A stretch of DNA of 64,000 nt from Bdellovibrionota bacterium (GTDB taxonomy: Bacteria > Bdellovibrionota_G > JALEGL01 > DATDPG01). Numbering within the stretch: the first letter of the stretch is position 1; the number at the start of each line of letters is the position of its first letter. Below the pieces are notes generated by a model. The model searched no databases. It saw nothing but the letters and a program-made list of their open reading frames with translations, and was not told the DNA's origin. The stretch lies in assembly GCA_963668355.1 (NCBI GenBank), contig OY764265.1, forward strand, positions 960,001 through 1,024,000. The letters are read 5' to 3'. Below, one piece after another: positions 49,933-61,100 of the stretch. The position numbers were made by a program, and so were the translations under genes.

Positions 49933-50886
49933 CTAGATTCGAGAAAACAAATAAAGCAGATATCCCCCATAACTCATCAAAAGAATCAGCCCTGATGGAC
50001 GACTTAGTTGCTGACGCGTTTTCATCAATGCAAAGAGCAGTAAGGTAATTGCCACCATCCACCAAACATCCACTTTCGCCAAGGCTTGATCAACCTGAAG
50101 GGGTAACACCAAAGAAGCAGAACCCAATACCCATAAAATATTGAGAAGATTGGATCCAATGATGTTTCCAATGGCAATGTCGTCATGCTTTCGAATGGCA
50201 GCTATTGCCGAAGCAGCGAATTCCGGCAATCCGGTTCCAGCGCTCACGATGGTTAATCCAATGATCCGTTCACTGACCCCAAACATTTCCGCCAAATCTA
50301 CCGCACCCCGAATCATCCACTTTGCCCCCAATGTCAAAAGGAACATTCCGGTTAAAACCCAAAACAGAGCTTTTTTGAGGTTAATCTTTTCTCCGGTAGC
50401 GGGTGCTTTTAAGCGCTCTTCCAAAGACTCCTTCCAAGCCAGATGACCTCGAAAAAACAAGAAGACGGCCAGAAACGCCAACAGTACCCCGCCCTCCCAT
50501 CGTACAAGATCGCGATCTAAAAAAAGTAACGCCAACCCCAAAGAGGCCAGAAACAAAGCCGGCCATTCGAGGTTCGTTGCGATGCGATGAACCTTCAGCG
50601 GTCGAAAAAGCGCACAAACGCCCAGAATTGCACAAATGTTGAAAATGTTGGATCCAATCACATTGGCCGCGGCAAGATCTGCTTGTTTTTGAAGAGCCGC
50701 CAACATGCTAACCACGAATTCAGGTGCCGATGTGCCAAAGGCAACCACCGTTAAACCCGCAACAGCAGTACTGATTTTAAAGGCTCTGGACAGTTCAACC
50801 GCGCCACGAACCAGAAGATCTCCTCCAAAGGCCAGACCCACCAAACCAACCAACAATGCAACCACAGCAAACATGTTCCCTAGCAT
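49933..50886 (-). CDS. Calcium/sodium antiporter (YrbG, CaCA family)
   Basis: Alpha repeats GTSAPE..NVIGSNIFN and GTGLPE..GNIIGSN.LN; about 10 TM helices. Confidence 0.93.
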   Translation of the reverse strand: MLGNMFAVVALLVGLVGLAFGGDLLVRGAVELSRAFKISTAVAGLTVVAFGTSAPEFVVSMLAALQKQADLAAANVIGSNIFNICAILGVCALFRPLKVHRIATNLEWPALFLASLGLALLFLDRDLVRWEGGVLLAFLAVFLFFRGHLAWKESLEERLKAPATGEKINLKKALFWVLTGMFLLTLGAKWMIRGAVDLAEMFGVSERIIGLTIVSAGTGLPEFAASAIAAIRKHDDIAIGNIIGSNLLNILWVLGSASLVLPLQVDQALAKVDVWWMVAITLLLFALMKTRQQLSRPSGLILLMSYGGYLLYLFSRI

Positions 50887-51041
50887 CTATAGATTTCCCC
50901 TTTTTGCAACTAGGAATCGGCTTGACTTTGGAACCTATCCCAGACTATACCTGCCCCACTCGTCAGGAACTGCGCGGTGAGTCTCAAGATAGACCCGCCC
51001 CCGTTTGTTTTCTCAATTGATATCCCTTTAAAGGAGTTGTA

Positions 51042-51566
51042 ATGAAGTTCCGCGATCCATTGGATGAGCCAAAATTTAACCGTGAACCGGAAGACCGGGA
51101 AAAGCTTTCTTGGAGTGATGTTGACAAGCGAAGGAATCGCAGCCGCCACGTCATTCAGGAAGAAAGACCCATTCCAAAGTTCAAAGCTTTCGCAAATAAA
51201 CGTGCAGAAACCAAAGCCAAACAAGCTTTGAATGAGCTTTTCCAAGGAAAAAAATCGAAAGAACAAACCACCGCTTGGAAAAAAGTCACCGAAGGAACCG
51301 GGACCACGTTTTCGACCCGAGCCTCCAATTATGTTGAAAAATTTGGCCTTCCTCGTGAATGGGATGACCTGCTTCGACTCTTGGATCATGATGAGGCTGA
51401 TTTCGTGATACGCATTTTGGACCGCATGATGGAATTAGCACCGAACGAAACGGAAGTTCGCCGGGATTTGTTGGTCGGAAAATTGCGCATCCTTCGCATG
51501 GAACGAGAAGAACCCCCTGTGCTGAGTAAAATTGAAAGCTCTATCGCTTCCCTTCAGGACTCCTGA
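51042..51566 (+). CDS. Hypothetical helical cytoplasmic protein
   Basis: AAGGAG Shine-Dalgarno, 174-aa ORF filling the gap, TGATG-coupled to the next gene. Confidence 0.7.
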   Translation: MKFRDPLDEPKFNREPEDREKLSWSDVDKRRNRSRHVIQEERPIPKFKAFANKRAETKAKQALNELFQGKKSKEQTTAWKKVTEGTGTTFSTRASNYVEKFGLPREWDDLLRLLDHDEADFVIRILDRMMELAPNETEVRRDLLVGKLRILRMEREEPPVLSKIESSIASLQDS

Positions 51567-51943
51567 TGCTCTCATCTCTGACGTCCTTAGCGGCTCGCGG
51601 ATGTTTGGCGTATTTCTTTCTGTACTTGGGCTATCATCACTTGCTGGCAAAGGGACCTACGATGGATGTCCTGATCAGCCATCGCGTTCCAATGTCCGGT
51701 GTGATTTATATCGGGTTGCTGGTCTTTGAACTCTTGGGCGGTTTGTTGATTCTCATGGGAAGTCGTTGCCGCCTCGCCGCTTTTTTCCTTTCTCTATATT
51801 GGATGGCCGTCATGATTCCATTTGGCAATCTCTTGTCCCCTCTTTTGGGTCATGTCAGCTTCATGCTTTTCCTGGCTGTTTTCGGCGGACTCCTCCATGT
51901 CATGGCCTTGGGCGGAGGCCGCATCAGCTTCGATCGAATGTAA
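51566..51943 (+). CDS. DoxX family membrane protein
   Basis: AR..LA..F...G, EL.GG...L.G...R.AA, LA..GG.L.....G.G..S.D. Confidence 0.75.
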   Translation: MLSSLTSLAARGCLAYFFLYLGYHHLLAKGPTMDVLISHRVPMSGVIYIGLLVFELLGGLLILMGSRCRLAAFFLSLYWMAVMIPFGNLLSPLLGHVSFMLFLAVFGGLLHVMALGGGRISFDRM

Positions 51944-52038
51944 AAAACCTTTTTTACTGTTTTGTCGCCGTCCACACACTTTGGAAACATGAATTTTTCC
52001 GAGCAGGGGAGAGCTTTTTTTGAAATACTCGAACCGCA

Positions 52039-54960
52039 ATGGGCTCGGGCGAACTGTATTTTGGAAAATTTTCCCCAATATTTGAGGATCACTTCCTCTC
52101 CAAAATCAGCTCGGCCATCTCCTTTGGATCATTAAGTCCTCAATATGTACTGGTCGGCTCTAACCTCCTTGCCCTTCACCTGCGTCATGCCTTAGCGCTT
52201 CGAACGGGTGGACATACGAACCTTCACTTCCTAACCTTCGTCGATCTTGCGCAAAAAATCTTGGATGCTTCACAGGACTCTCCCCCTCCCCCTCTTTTTC
52301 CTCCAAACGTGGAAGAGCTGTTGATTGAAGACCTTCTTCAAAACCTTTCTTCTGAACATCCTTTCTACGCTCTCAAAGAACAGCCCGGACTACACCTGGC
52401 CATCAAGAGTACTTTTCACGACCTTTTGGATGGAAACATAGATACTTTGCCCCCACACCCCTCTTTTGATTTTCTGCGGGATTTATATTCGAAACATCGA
52501 GAAGCCTATGCCCATCAGTTTTCAACCCAGGCGGATCGAATTCTACGTGCCACAGAAATCCATCAAGATTTTTCTCACATTTTGGGAAGTCCTCAATTGT
52601 GGATATACGGTTTTTATGACCTTACGAAACTTCAGCAAAACCTCTTAACCCGATGTGCCCGCTCCATGAAGCTCCGGTTTTGGGTTCCCACCTTTGACGA
52701 CAACTCTTTTCGCTCCTCTTGGTCATTGATGAATTCCCTTGCCGAAAAGGTGGAGAACATTGTCAACCACCCCCCTCCCGAGCCTCAAGTCACCTCGTTT
52801 CCCCATCAAATCCGTGAAACCGAAGAAACGGTTAGAACCATTCTTTCATTGCTTGAAACGGAATCCACACCCTTGCATCGAATCGCCATTCTACTCCGAC
52901 AGCCCACCATTCAGATGGAAGAAATGGGAGAGATCCTGCGACGCGCAAACATCCCCTTTTATCGAGAAGGAGGAAGCCCCTTCAACCAAACTCGCCTTGG
53001 GAAATCTCTGCTTATCCTTACGCAGCATTTGCATTCGGATTGGTCACGAACCGCCATTTTGGAGTTTCTTTCTACGTTCCCGTTTCATCCCGAAAAAACA
53101 CAAAACATGGGGCAACCCACGGATTGGGATTTTTGGTCCAGGTCTGCAAATTGCCTAAAAGGATTCGAAAATTTTCGGTTCCGAATTGAGCAGTGGGCTA
53201 CCACGACTCAACAACAAAACTTTGTTCAGTTTATTTCCGATTTATTTTCCCACCTCGAATCCATCGAAAAAGAAACCACAAGCTGGAAATCCCTCGCAAT
53301 ATCTTTGTCCGAAACGATCGAGAATTTTGCCAATCCTCAAGAAGACTGGACATCTATTCGCAAATTAATTGTCCATCTAGAGCAATTGGCGTTCTACCAA
53401 TTACCCACCTCTAACGAACGCACCCGACGAGTTTTAAAGGCCCAGCTCAATCAACTTCGCATTCCCAATGTAGAAGCCTTTCAACGGAAAGGTCTCTTCT
53501 TGGGATCGGTTTCATCGGCCCGAATGATCACCTTTGACCATGTCTTTATTCCCGGAATGGTTTCCAAGCAATTTCCAGCCCCTTTCCGGGAGGACCCTTT
53601 GCTTCTAGACCCTGAAAGAGCTTGGCTAAATCAAAACACATCGGGGTTACTGACATTACGCGGTTCACGAAACGAGGAAGAACGCGCTCTTTTCCAATTG
53701 GCGAAAGGATGTGCCTCAAGAAGCCTTCATCTTTCTTTCGCGCGAATGGAAGCCACTACGAGCCGTCCCCTTGTACCTTCCTCGTTTCTTCCAGAGAAGA
53801 AAATCGAAACCAAACCTCTATTAAAATGGAGAGACCAGATCTCGAACGTCTGGATCGACGAAGACGACTGGCTTTCGGGAAAAGTTGGAAGGGAAGTCTG
53901 CCGATCCCAAGAAAATGCCTTAAAAAAATACAATCTGTGGAGCCCCTTGGCCAAAAACATTTCTACTTGGGTCAATCATCGATTTGGACAAAACTCTTGG
54001 ACCTCCTTCGACGGGATCATTCAACCCTCAAGCGTCCAAAACCTTTCTCCGAAACACCACTCGGTTTCCAGCCTTAGAGAATACGTCGTGTGCCCCTATC
54101 GGTTTTTTCTTCGAAAGATCATCAAACTCAGTCCGATCGAACGTCCCGATCAGGTTGAGGAGATGAAGCCTCTGGATCGAGGAACCCTTATTCATGAGAT
54201 TTTGCAAAAAGTTTTTGAGTTTGCATTTAACGAAGGGCTCTTTCCTTTAAAACCGAATGAATTTGGAAGAATCTTGGTGGCCCTGGAAGTAATTGCCAAT
54301 CAGGCCTTTCAAAGAGCAGAGCAGGAGCTTCCCTTAGGACACCATCTTTTATGGAAAACACAGCGCGACTACCTTTTGGCCGATCTTCGCGCACTTCTTA
54401 AACAGGAATTGGACCTTCAGGATGATTATATTCCATCCGAATTTGAAGTTGGCTTTGACGACGTCAAACTTTCCACTGGCGAAATCACGCTTGCGATGCG
54501 AGGAAGAATTGACCGAATTGATACAACAAAGGATGGAAAGAGGGCCCGAATCATCGACTATAAGACCGGGAAAGTTCCAACACGAGGGGACACATTCGAA
54601 GGGGGAAGATCCCTTCAACTTCCTCTCTATGTTCAAATTTTGTCATCTCTTCGACCCAGCATCGATCTTTCCGATTGGGAGGGAATTTTATTGAGCACCT
54701 CTTATGGGTCGGGATTTCGACGAACCCAATTTACAGGGAATGATTTAGTCCTCCATCGGGAAACCCTTTTTCACATTTTGAATACCATCTCAAATGCCAT
54801 GCAGTCTTCTCTTTTCCCTCCTCTCCCGGGGAAACAGGAGGCCGATTGTCAAAGCTGTGATTTTCGTTTGGTTTGTGGAAAATCCATTCACCACCTTTCC
54901 GAAAGAAAACAGGGAGACGAAAGAACTTTGAACCTGATTGAATTGGGAGAAATTAAGTGA
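52039..54960 (+). CDS. addB: AddB/RexB-like helicase-nuclease subunit with PD-(D/E)xK nuclease domain
   Basis: Inactive helicase-like N-terminus (YGFYDLT..Q, IAILLR, EER.LF); S.S.L..Y..CPY.FF, RG..IH..L, RGRIDRID, IIDYKTG, QLPLY, CxxCxxxxxC Fe-S staple. Confidence 0.8.
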   Translation: MGSGELYFGKFSPIFEDHFLSKISSAISFGSLSPQYVLVGSNLLALHLRHALALRTGGHTNLHFLTFVDLAQKILDASQDSPPPPLFPPNVEELLIEDLLQNLSSEHPFYALKEQPGLHLAIKSTFHDLLDGNIDTLPPHPSFDFLRDLYSKHREAYAHQFSTQADRILRATEIHQDFSHILGSPQLWIYGFYDLTKLQQNLLTRCARSMKLRFWVPTFDDNSFRSSWSLMNSLAEKVENIVNHPPPEPQVTSFPHQIRETEETVRTILSLLETESTPLHRIAILLRQPTIQMEEMGEILRRANIPFYREGGSPFNQTRLGKSLLILTQHLHSDWSRTAILEFLSTFPFHPEKTQNMGQPTDWDFWSRSANCLKGFENFRFRIEQWATTTQQQNFVQFISDLFSHLESIEKETTSWKSLAISLSETIENFANPQEDWTSIRKLIVHLEQLAFYQLPTSNERTRRVLKAQLNQLRIPNVEAFQRKGLFLGSVSSARMITFDHVFIPGMVSKQFPAPFREDPLLLDPERAWLNQNTSGLLTLRGSRNEEERALFQLAKGCASRSLHLSFARMEATTSRPLVPSSFLPEKKIETKPLLKWRDQISNVWIDEDDWLSGKVGREVCRSQENALKKYNLWSPLAKNISTWVNHRFGQNSWTSFDGIIQPSSVQNLSPKHHSVSSLREYVVCPYRFFLRKIIKLSPIERPDQVEEMKPLDRGTLIHEILQKVFEFAFNEGLFPLKPNEFGRILVALEVIANQAFQRAEQELPLGHHLLWKTQRDYLLADLRALLKQELDLQDDYIPSEFEVGFDDVKLSTGEITLAMRGRIDRIDTTKDGKRARIIDYKTGKVPTRGDTFEGGRSLQLPLYVQILSSLRPSIDLSDWEGILLSTSYGSGFRRTQFTGNDLVLHRETLFHILNTISNAMQSSLFPPLPGKQEADCQSCDFRLVCGKSIHHLSERKQGDERTLNLIELGEIK

Positions 54961-57900
54961 TTCCTTCTGATCAACCAACACGTGAAAAGGTCATCCACGA
55001 TTTAGAAACCACCTTTAGTGTCCAAGCCGGAGCTGGAACAGGGAAGACGTTTCTTTTAACCACCCGATATTTGGAAATCGTAAAAAAGCGCCTGGCCAAA
55101 CCCCATGAAATTGTGACCATCACGTTTACTGAGAAAGCAGCCGGAGAGTTACGTGAACGGATCCAGAAACGCCTTGAGGAAAAAGGAGACAAAGAACTTC
55201 TCCTCGATTTGGACCGGGCTCCCATTTCTACCATCCACTCCTTGGCCACTTCCATCATTCGTGAGCGACCTTTGCAGGCAGAAATCGACCCAAACTTCGA
55301 GCAAATGGATGAAATTTCCTCCCAAATCTTTGTTCAAGAAATGTACGAGAAGTGGCTTTCTCTGGCCCTTCGACAAGAGGGCCAGCCCTTTATTTTAGCG
55401 ACCGCTGCGGCCATCAAACCCTCTCAAATCAAGGATCTCGCATTCACGCTGTACCAAAATCGAGACCTTCTAAACCAGTTGGATTTAACGCCCCCTAAAC
55501 TTGAGTTTTCTGAGGCCTTTCAATCCATTTACGAGAAAATTCGGTCTCTTTCAGAATTTTCGGAACGTTTTTGCAAAAACACCAATGACGCAGGTTTTCT
55601 CCAAATCCAACAGCTTCGAAAAGAAATCTCCGAAAGTTTAGATCTTACGGAAGAAGGGAAAATCCGAGCTCTTCTGCTTCGAACCAACGTCAAAAAAGGA
55701 AAAGGAAGCCAACAAAATTGGGAATCGAAAGATTCTTGTCAAAACATGAAGGAAAAAGTCCAGGAACTCGCTCTACAAGTCGAAGAGACCAAAGAAAAAC
55801 TGAGGAGAAAGATTTTTCTACAGCTTCTTGACTGGCTTCTGGGTTTTGTCGCGTTTGTTGAAAAGGAAAAGAATGTCCGGGGTTGCTTAGATTTTGACGA
55901 CTTACTTTTGCGCGCTCTCAGTCTTTTCAAAAAACATCCCATGATCTTGGATAGTTTCAGAAGCAAGTACAAATACATTCTCGTAGATGAGTTTCAAGAC
56001 ACCGATCCCGTGCAGTCTGAGTTGGTGTGGCTATTGGCTGGCGCATCTGGAGACCGTTCAATCTGGACAGATCTTGATATTCCGAAAGGTCGGCTTTTTG
56101 TAGTCGGAGATCCTCAACAATCGATCTATCGATTTCGAAAAGCCGACATCAACACCTATCGAACCTCTGTCGAAAAACTTTCTCCTGCGGTTATCTCACA
56201 AAATTTCCGCGCTTCTTCGCATTTGATTGATGGTGTAAATCAACTCTTCTCAACGGTTTTTCCCTCCAACTACCAGCCCCTCTCTCCTGACGCTTCCCGC
56301 CCCAAACCCAAACTGAATGCATCCTTTATTCGCATCGAACCTTCCATCTCTGAAGGAAAATATTCCACTCGCCAAAGACGGCGGCAAGAATCTCAGGCCA
56401 TTGCCGGATTCATTCACCACGTCATCACCCACCCAAGTTTCCAACTGTATGACCGCGATCAAAAAGTTTTTCGCCCTTATAATTATGGGGATTTTGTCGT
56501 CTTGTTTCCCACGATGACGGATGTAGATTTTTTCGAAGAACAGCTCCGGCAATTTCATATTCCCTTCTCCTTGGAGGGAGGAAAGAATTTTTATGGAAGG
56601 TGGGAAATCCATGGCTTACTGAGCATCCTCTACGCGATTGAACACCCAACCGATCGCATCGCAGTTGTGGCAGCCTTGCGCTCCATTCTTTTAGGATTCT
56701 CCGACCAGGCACTCGTGGATTGGATTCAAGAATGTGACTCGTTTGACTACCGAAGCATAAATGGAGATCTCTTCTCTCCGGAAGCCAAAGAAGCCCTGGA
56801 GCTTTTTCAGACTTTGCACCAAAGCAAAAACGAAAAGAAACCCTCTGAGCTCATTCGTTCAGTTTTGACGTTCACCCGAGCCATTCCCATCACACTTCTT
56901 CGTTTTCACGGAGAACAAGCGGCCGCCAACTTGCAGAAAATGATCAGCTTGGCCCAAGAACTCGAATCCCGAGAAGTCATGACTTTGGGACGTTTCATTC
57001 GATGGATTGAAAGCCGATCCGAAGAAGCTGAAAAACAAGGCGAGTCCCCTTTGTCAGAAAGCGGAGAAAACGTCGTCCACCTGATGACCATTCACAAAGC
57101 CAAGGGTCTGGAGTTTCCCTGCGTCATTTTGGCGAATCTCGCCTCTCAGCCAAATATTCGAGAGCAAGTGATTGCCGATCGTTTGACCCATCGCCTTGAG
57201 ATTGGAATCGGAGACAAAAAGAATCGCGCCTGCACATCAGGCTACGAAGAGGCTCTGGAGAAAGAGAAAACGGAAATTCAGGAAGAGAAAGCCCGATTGC
57301 TCTATGTCGCCATGACCCGTGCCTGCGACTTATTGGTTCTTCCCAAATTTTTGCCGGATCGAGGAAAGCCTTTTTTCTGGAATCTCTTGGAAGAGGCCTG
57401 GAAAGAGTCCATCCCTTGCCAAACGTTCACCGAGGAAGATTTTTCACTCAAAGCACCCGATGGGCCCCTTACCGAACATTTCCAAGATTTTGAGGAAAAT
57501 GCTCCAGAAAGGTTTCAATCTCTCCAAGAAGTCCATGAATGGACGCATCGACGCCAGGAAACATGGGTCCAGGGAATTTCCTTAGGCACCGCTACGGGCG
57601 AAAAGACGTTTGCTGAACATCCGTCGCGCGATTTCATTCCTCGACTTCGGGAAATACCGGCCACGCAAATGGGTTCTGTCTTCCACCAAACGATGGAGCA
57701 CTTTCCCTGGCAGCAAGAACATCTTTTGGAACAAACCCTCCAACAAATTTCCTTGGAAAATGGCATTCATGACTATCTTGAAGAACTGCAAAACCTGGTT
57801 TCACAGACCCTCACACACCCTGTTATGTCTAGGGCTAAAGGGGCCAAGAACCTTTGGAAGGAAGTTCCCTTTTCTCGGCATGAACACGGAAATCTCATTG

Positions 57901-58142
57901 AAGGGGTGATTGATCTTGTTTTTGAAGAAGCCGAGGAATGGATCGTACTCGACTATAAAACCGATCGTATTTCTAAAGAGGAAGTGCCGCAAAGGGCCGA
58001 AATGTATCGGGGACAAATGCAGACCTATGCCCATGCGCTAAAGGCGCTGACCGGAAAAAATGTTAAAGAAACGATTCTTTTCTTCGTTCGTTTGGGAAAA
58101 ACATTCTCTTTTTATCCCAATTCCGCAAATGAGTTAGAATAA
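54957..58142 (+). CDS. addA: AddA/RexA-like UvrD helicase with C-terminal nuclease
   Basis: AGAGTGKT, TFTEKAA.EL..RI, STIHS, DFDDL, VDEFQDT, VGDPQQSIYRFR.A, NFRA, TIHKAKGLEF, YVAMTRA, GVID..LDYKT. Confidence 0.85.
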   Translation: MIPSDQPTREKVIHDLETTFSVQAGAGTGKTFLLTTRYLEIVKKRLAKPHEIVTITFTEKAAGELRERIQKRLEEKGDKELLLDLDRAPISTIHSLATSIIRERPLQAEIDPNFEQMDEISSQIFVQEMYEKWLSLALRQEGQPFILATAAAIKPSQIKDLAFTLYQNRDLLNQLDLTPPKLEFSEAFQSIYEKIRSLSEFSERFCKNTNDAGFLQIQQLRKEISESLDLTEEGKIRALLLRTNVKKGKGSQQNWESKDSCQNMKEKVQELALQVEETKEKLRRKIFLQLLDWLLGFVAFVEKEKNVRGCLDFDDLLLRALSLFKKHPMILDSFRSKYKYILVDEFQDTDPVQSELVWLLAGASGDRSIWTDLDIPKGRLFVVGDPQQSIYRFRKADINTYRTSVEKLSPAVISQNFRASSHLIDGVNQLFSTVFPSNYQPLSPDASRPKPKLNASFIRIEPSISEGKYSTRQRRRQESQAIAGFIHHVITHPSFQLYDRDQKVFRPYNYGDFVVLFPTMTDVDFFEEQLRQFHIPFSLEGGKNFYGRWEIHGLLSILYAIEHPTDRIAVVAALRSILLGFSDQALVDWIQECDSFDYRSINGDLFSPEAKEALELFQTLHQSKNEKKPSELIRSVLTFTRAIPITLLRFHGEQAAANLQKMISLAQELESREVMTLGRFIRWIESRSEEAEKQGESPLSESGENVVHLMTIHKAKGLEFPCVILANLASQPNIREQVIADRLTHRLEIGIGDKKNRACTSGYEEALEKEKTEIQEEKARLLYVAMTRACDLLVLPKFLPDRGKPFFWNLLEEAWKESIPCQTFTEEDFSLKAPDGPLTEHFQDFEENAPERFQSLQEVHEWTHRRQETWVQGISLGTATGEKTFAEHPSRDFIPRLREIPATQMGSVFHQTMEHFPWQQEHLLEQTLQQISLENGIHDYLEELQNLVSQTLTHPVMSRAKGAKNLWKEVPFSRHEHGNLIEGVIDLVFEEAEEWIVLDYKTDRISKEEVPQRAEMYRGQMQTYAHALKALTGKNVKETILFFVRLGKTFSFYPNSANELE

Positions 58143-58149
58143 CCTAGGT

Positions 58150-61100
58150 ATGGAATGTGGTCGTTGTCATAAAGATCTTCCCTTAGAAGGAATAAAATTT
58201 TGTCCTTTTTGTGGGGACACCCTTCAATCAGCTCCCGAAGAAAGGCGAAAGGGAATTGTCGTTTTTGGAGATCTTTCGGGATTCACAGCGTTAAGCGAGC
58301 GAATTGACCCCGACGAACTCCGAGATCTCATTGATCGGATCATGAGGAAGTTTGTTCACATCGTTGAACAACACGGAGGCGTCGTCGACAAAATCATCGG
58401 GGATTGCATCATGTTCCTATTCAATGTGGAAAAAAGTTATGGCGATGACCCCGTTCGAACTCTGGAGACGATTGAAGATATTCAAGCATACTTATCAGAG
58501 TTTAATGAGACCCATCAAACCACATTAGAACTTCATTTTGGGGCCGCCTTCGGCACAGTGTCCGTCGGCATCGTGGGCAATTCGCGAACGGTGATGGGAG
58601 ATACTGTAAATTTGGCGCAACGTCTTTTGAATGCGGCGCAAAGCGGGGAGGTCGTTGTTTCGCCTTCGTTTTCCGAGCTTTTCCCCCCTTCTTACAAGTT
58701 TGAAGAGATGGAGCCCGTTTGGTTAAAGGGAAAATTGGAACCCGTCACGCCCTTTCGGTATCACGGTCAAATTCAATTTGAAGAAGAGCTCTCACCCTTT
58801 GTAGGTCGTTCGAGTGAGGTGTCCTCTGCAATCAAAAGCATTGAGCAAGCCAACTCCAATCAAAAGCAGGCACGGATTCTTTTTCAAGGGCCATTTGGGA
58901 TTGGAAAAGGCCGAATTCTCTCGGAAATTTTTAGCCATTTCGAATCTGACGCCTTTCGCTCCGCCCAAGTTACCCTACAAGATGGGGGGGATGGATTTCC
59001 AGCTCCTGTGAAACGCCTCATGGAAGATCTAATTCGAATTTCCAAAGACATTTCAGAAGATGAACATTGGGGGATGTCCATACAAGAAGACTTTTGGGAA
59101 CAGACAGATATCGAAACCTTCTCCTCCCTCATGCTCCAAACCCTTCGTCGAATTTGCAAACAATGCACGCTTTTGATCGGTGTACAACACCTTGAAAGAG
59201 CCGATTCTTCCACATTGGATTTTCTTCATAAACTTCTGACCGAAACCCAAACCCTTCCCCTATGTCTTCTTTTTACCAGCTTGGAGACCGCTGATTTTCT
59301 AGCTGAATCCACAATTCAGATTTCTCCGTTGTGCAATGGCGAAGCTCAAGAACTATTTTCCAAGCTTGTGGATTCCCAAAAAGCAGAAAGCTTAGGCTTT
59401 CAAAAGCTCGTCACACAATGCGCAGGGAATCCTTTATTCATTCAAGAACTCGCACGAGGGGTCAATGCGGATCTGCCGATGGACAAGTTGTTCTCCGGAA
59501 ACATTGAACTACTTCTGGCCTCCCGTCTGGACGCATTGGACAACGAGCAAAAGGAACTCGTCAAACAGGCCTCCATCTTTGGAACGCAAATTCCAACCAA
59601 GTACTTGGCCGTTCTCTCAAACAAAGAAGAAGCCGATGTTCTCCATCGCTTAGGGAATCTCGCCTTTTTTGACTATGAGGAAAAAACCAATTCGTTGATT
59701 TTTCGAGATGAACTTCTGAGGGTTTCAGCCTACGACAGAATCAATCTGCGCACACGAAAGGCATGGCATCAACAACTCGGGGAGATGTTGTTGGATGAAA
59801 AAGCTTCTCCGGAACTGATCGCCCACCATTTCTTGAAAAGCGAACGCAAACGAGAAGCCCTTCGAATGAGTCTAGCCGCGGGCAGAGCTCTCGCTCGAAA
59901 CCCCAAACAGAAAGAGGCTCTCTTCTATATTAAACAAACCGAGCAATTGGCTCGGGAGCTACACGACGAAAAGGCCCTCTTGGATGCTTTGGAAATTCGA
60001 TTCATGCTGGACTCTAAAGGGTTTTCGATCGACCAAGCCTTGGAACGTTTGGAGATTTGGCAAAAGGATTTCATGCTTTCCAAACTCGAAGGTTCTGAAA
60101 GTCGCTTAGCCCTGTTAAGGGGGTCCTTTTTCTTTGAACGGCGAATGTATTCGCAGGCCTTGACGGAGGTTCAAAAAGCAAGGGAAGACCTGCCTCGCGA
60201 AAAACAAATTGAACTTGAATTGTTGCATGAAAGAATTCTTTACCGACTTGGAAAAACCAAGGAAGTGGTTCACCGAGGTCTTAAATTCCTTCGCAGTGGA
60301 AAACTTGAGGAGGCGGAAAAGGGTGACTTCTTTATTTTGATGGGGTCAGTTTCTTATATTGATAAAGAAATCGAGCAGGCCGAGGACTTCTATAGAAAGG
60401 CCGCTCAGATTTACCGAGAAGCGAACGATCTTCGCGGCATTTGGAAAACGGTCATCAACTTGGGGAATATTGCCCGAAGTCGTTCACATTACGAAGCCTC
60501 GCGTGAGTACTATCTTGAGGCTTGTGAACATGCCTTGTTGCTGGGCGACCTTCTAAGCTATTGCAAAGGCCTTTTGAGGGTAGCAGATGTAAACATCGAA
60601 TTGCTTCGAATTGAGGAAGCTCTCGGAAATTTTGACCGAGCCTTGGAAATCCTTCAAAGCCACGAAAACCCAAGTTTGGAGGCCCTAACCCGAATGCTTT
60701 TGGGAAATGCGCTTCGAAATTTGGGGGATTTCGAAAGGGCCAAGGAAACCTTGGATGCCGCTCTGCTCTATTTTGAGCACTCTGACGACTCTTTCGGCCA
60801 TGGTCGCGCACTTCGGAGCTTGGCCATGCTCCATCAAGACCTTGAAAATTTTGAACGGGCTTTCACCCTACTGAAAGAGTGTGCCCCCTTACTCAAGAAC
60901 CACCCCGATCAATTGCAGTACATTGCTTTGCAACGAGCCGAAATCCATTTTCATCAGGGAGAGTTGGAAACCGCACAAGAGCAACTGGGTCAGTTCCAGA
61001 GTGAGCATCCTGAAAAAACATGTTCTCCCGACATTCTTTTGCGATTTCGAATCTTGGATTCCCTTCTATCCCATCGCAAAGATTTATCGAAGTTTGAATG

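Noticed and set aside
52039..58142. Cas4/Cas3-like or defence nuclease-helicase reading of the nuclease/helicase pair
   Set aside because: Sizes, gene order, UvrD motifs and the Fe-S-stapled nuclease match housekeeping AddAB, and there is no array.
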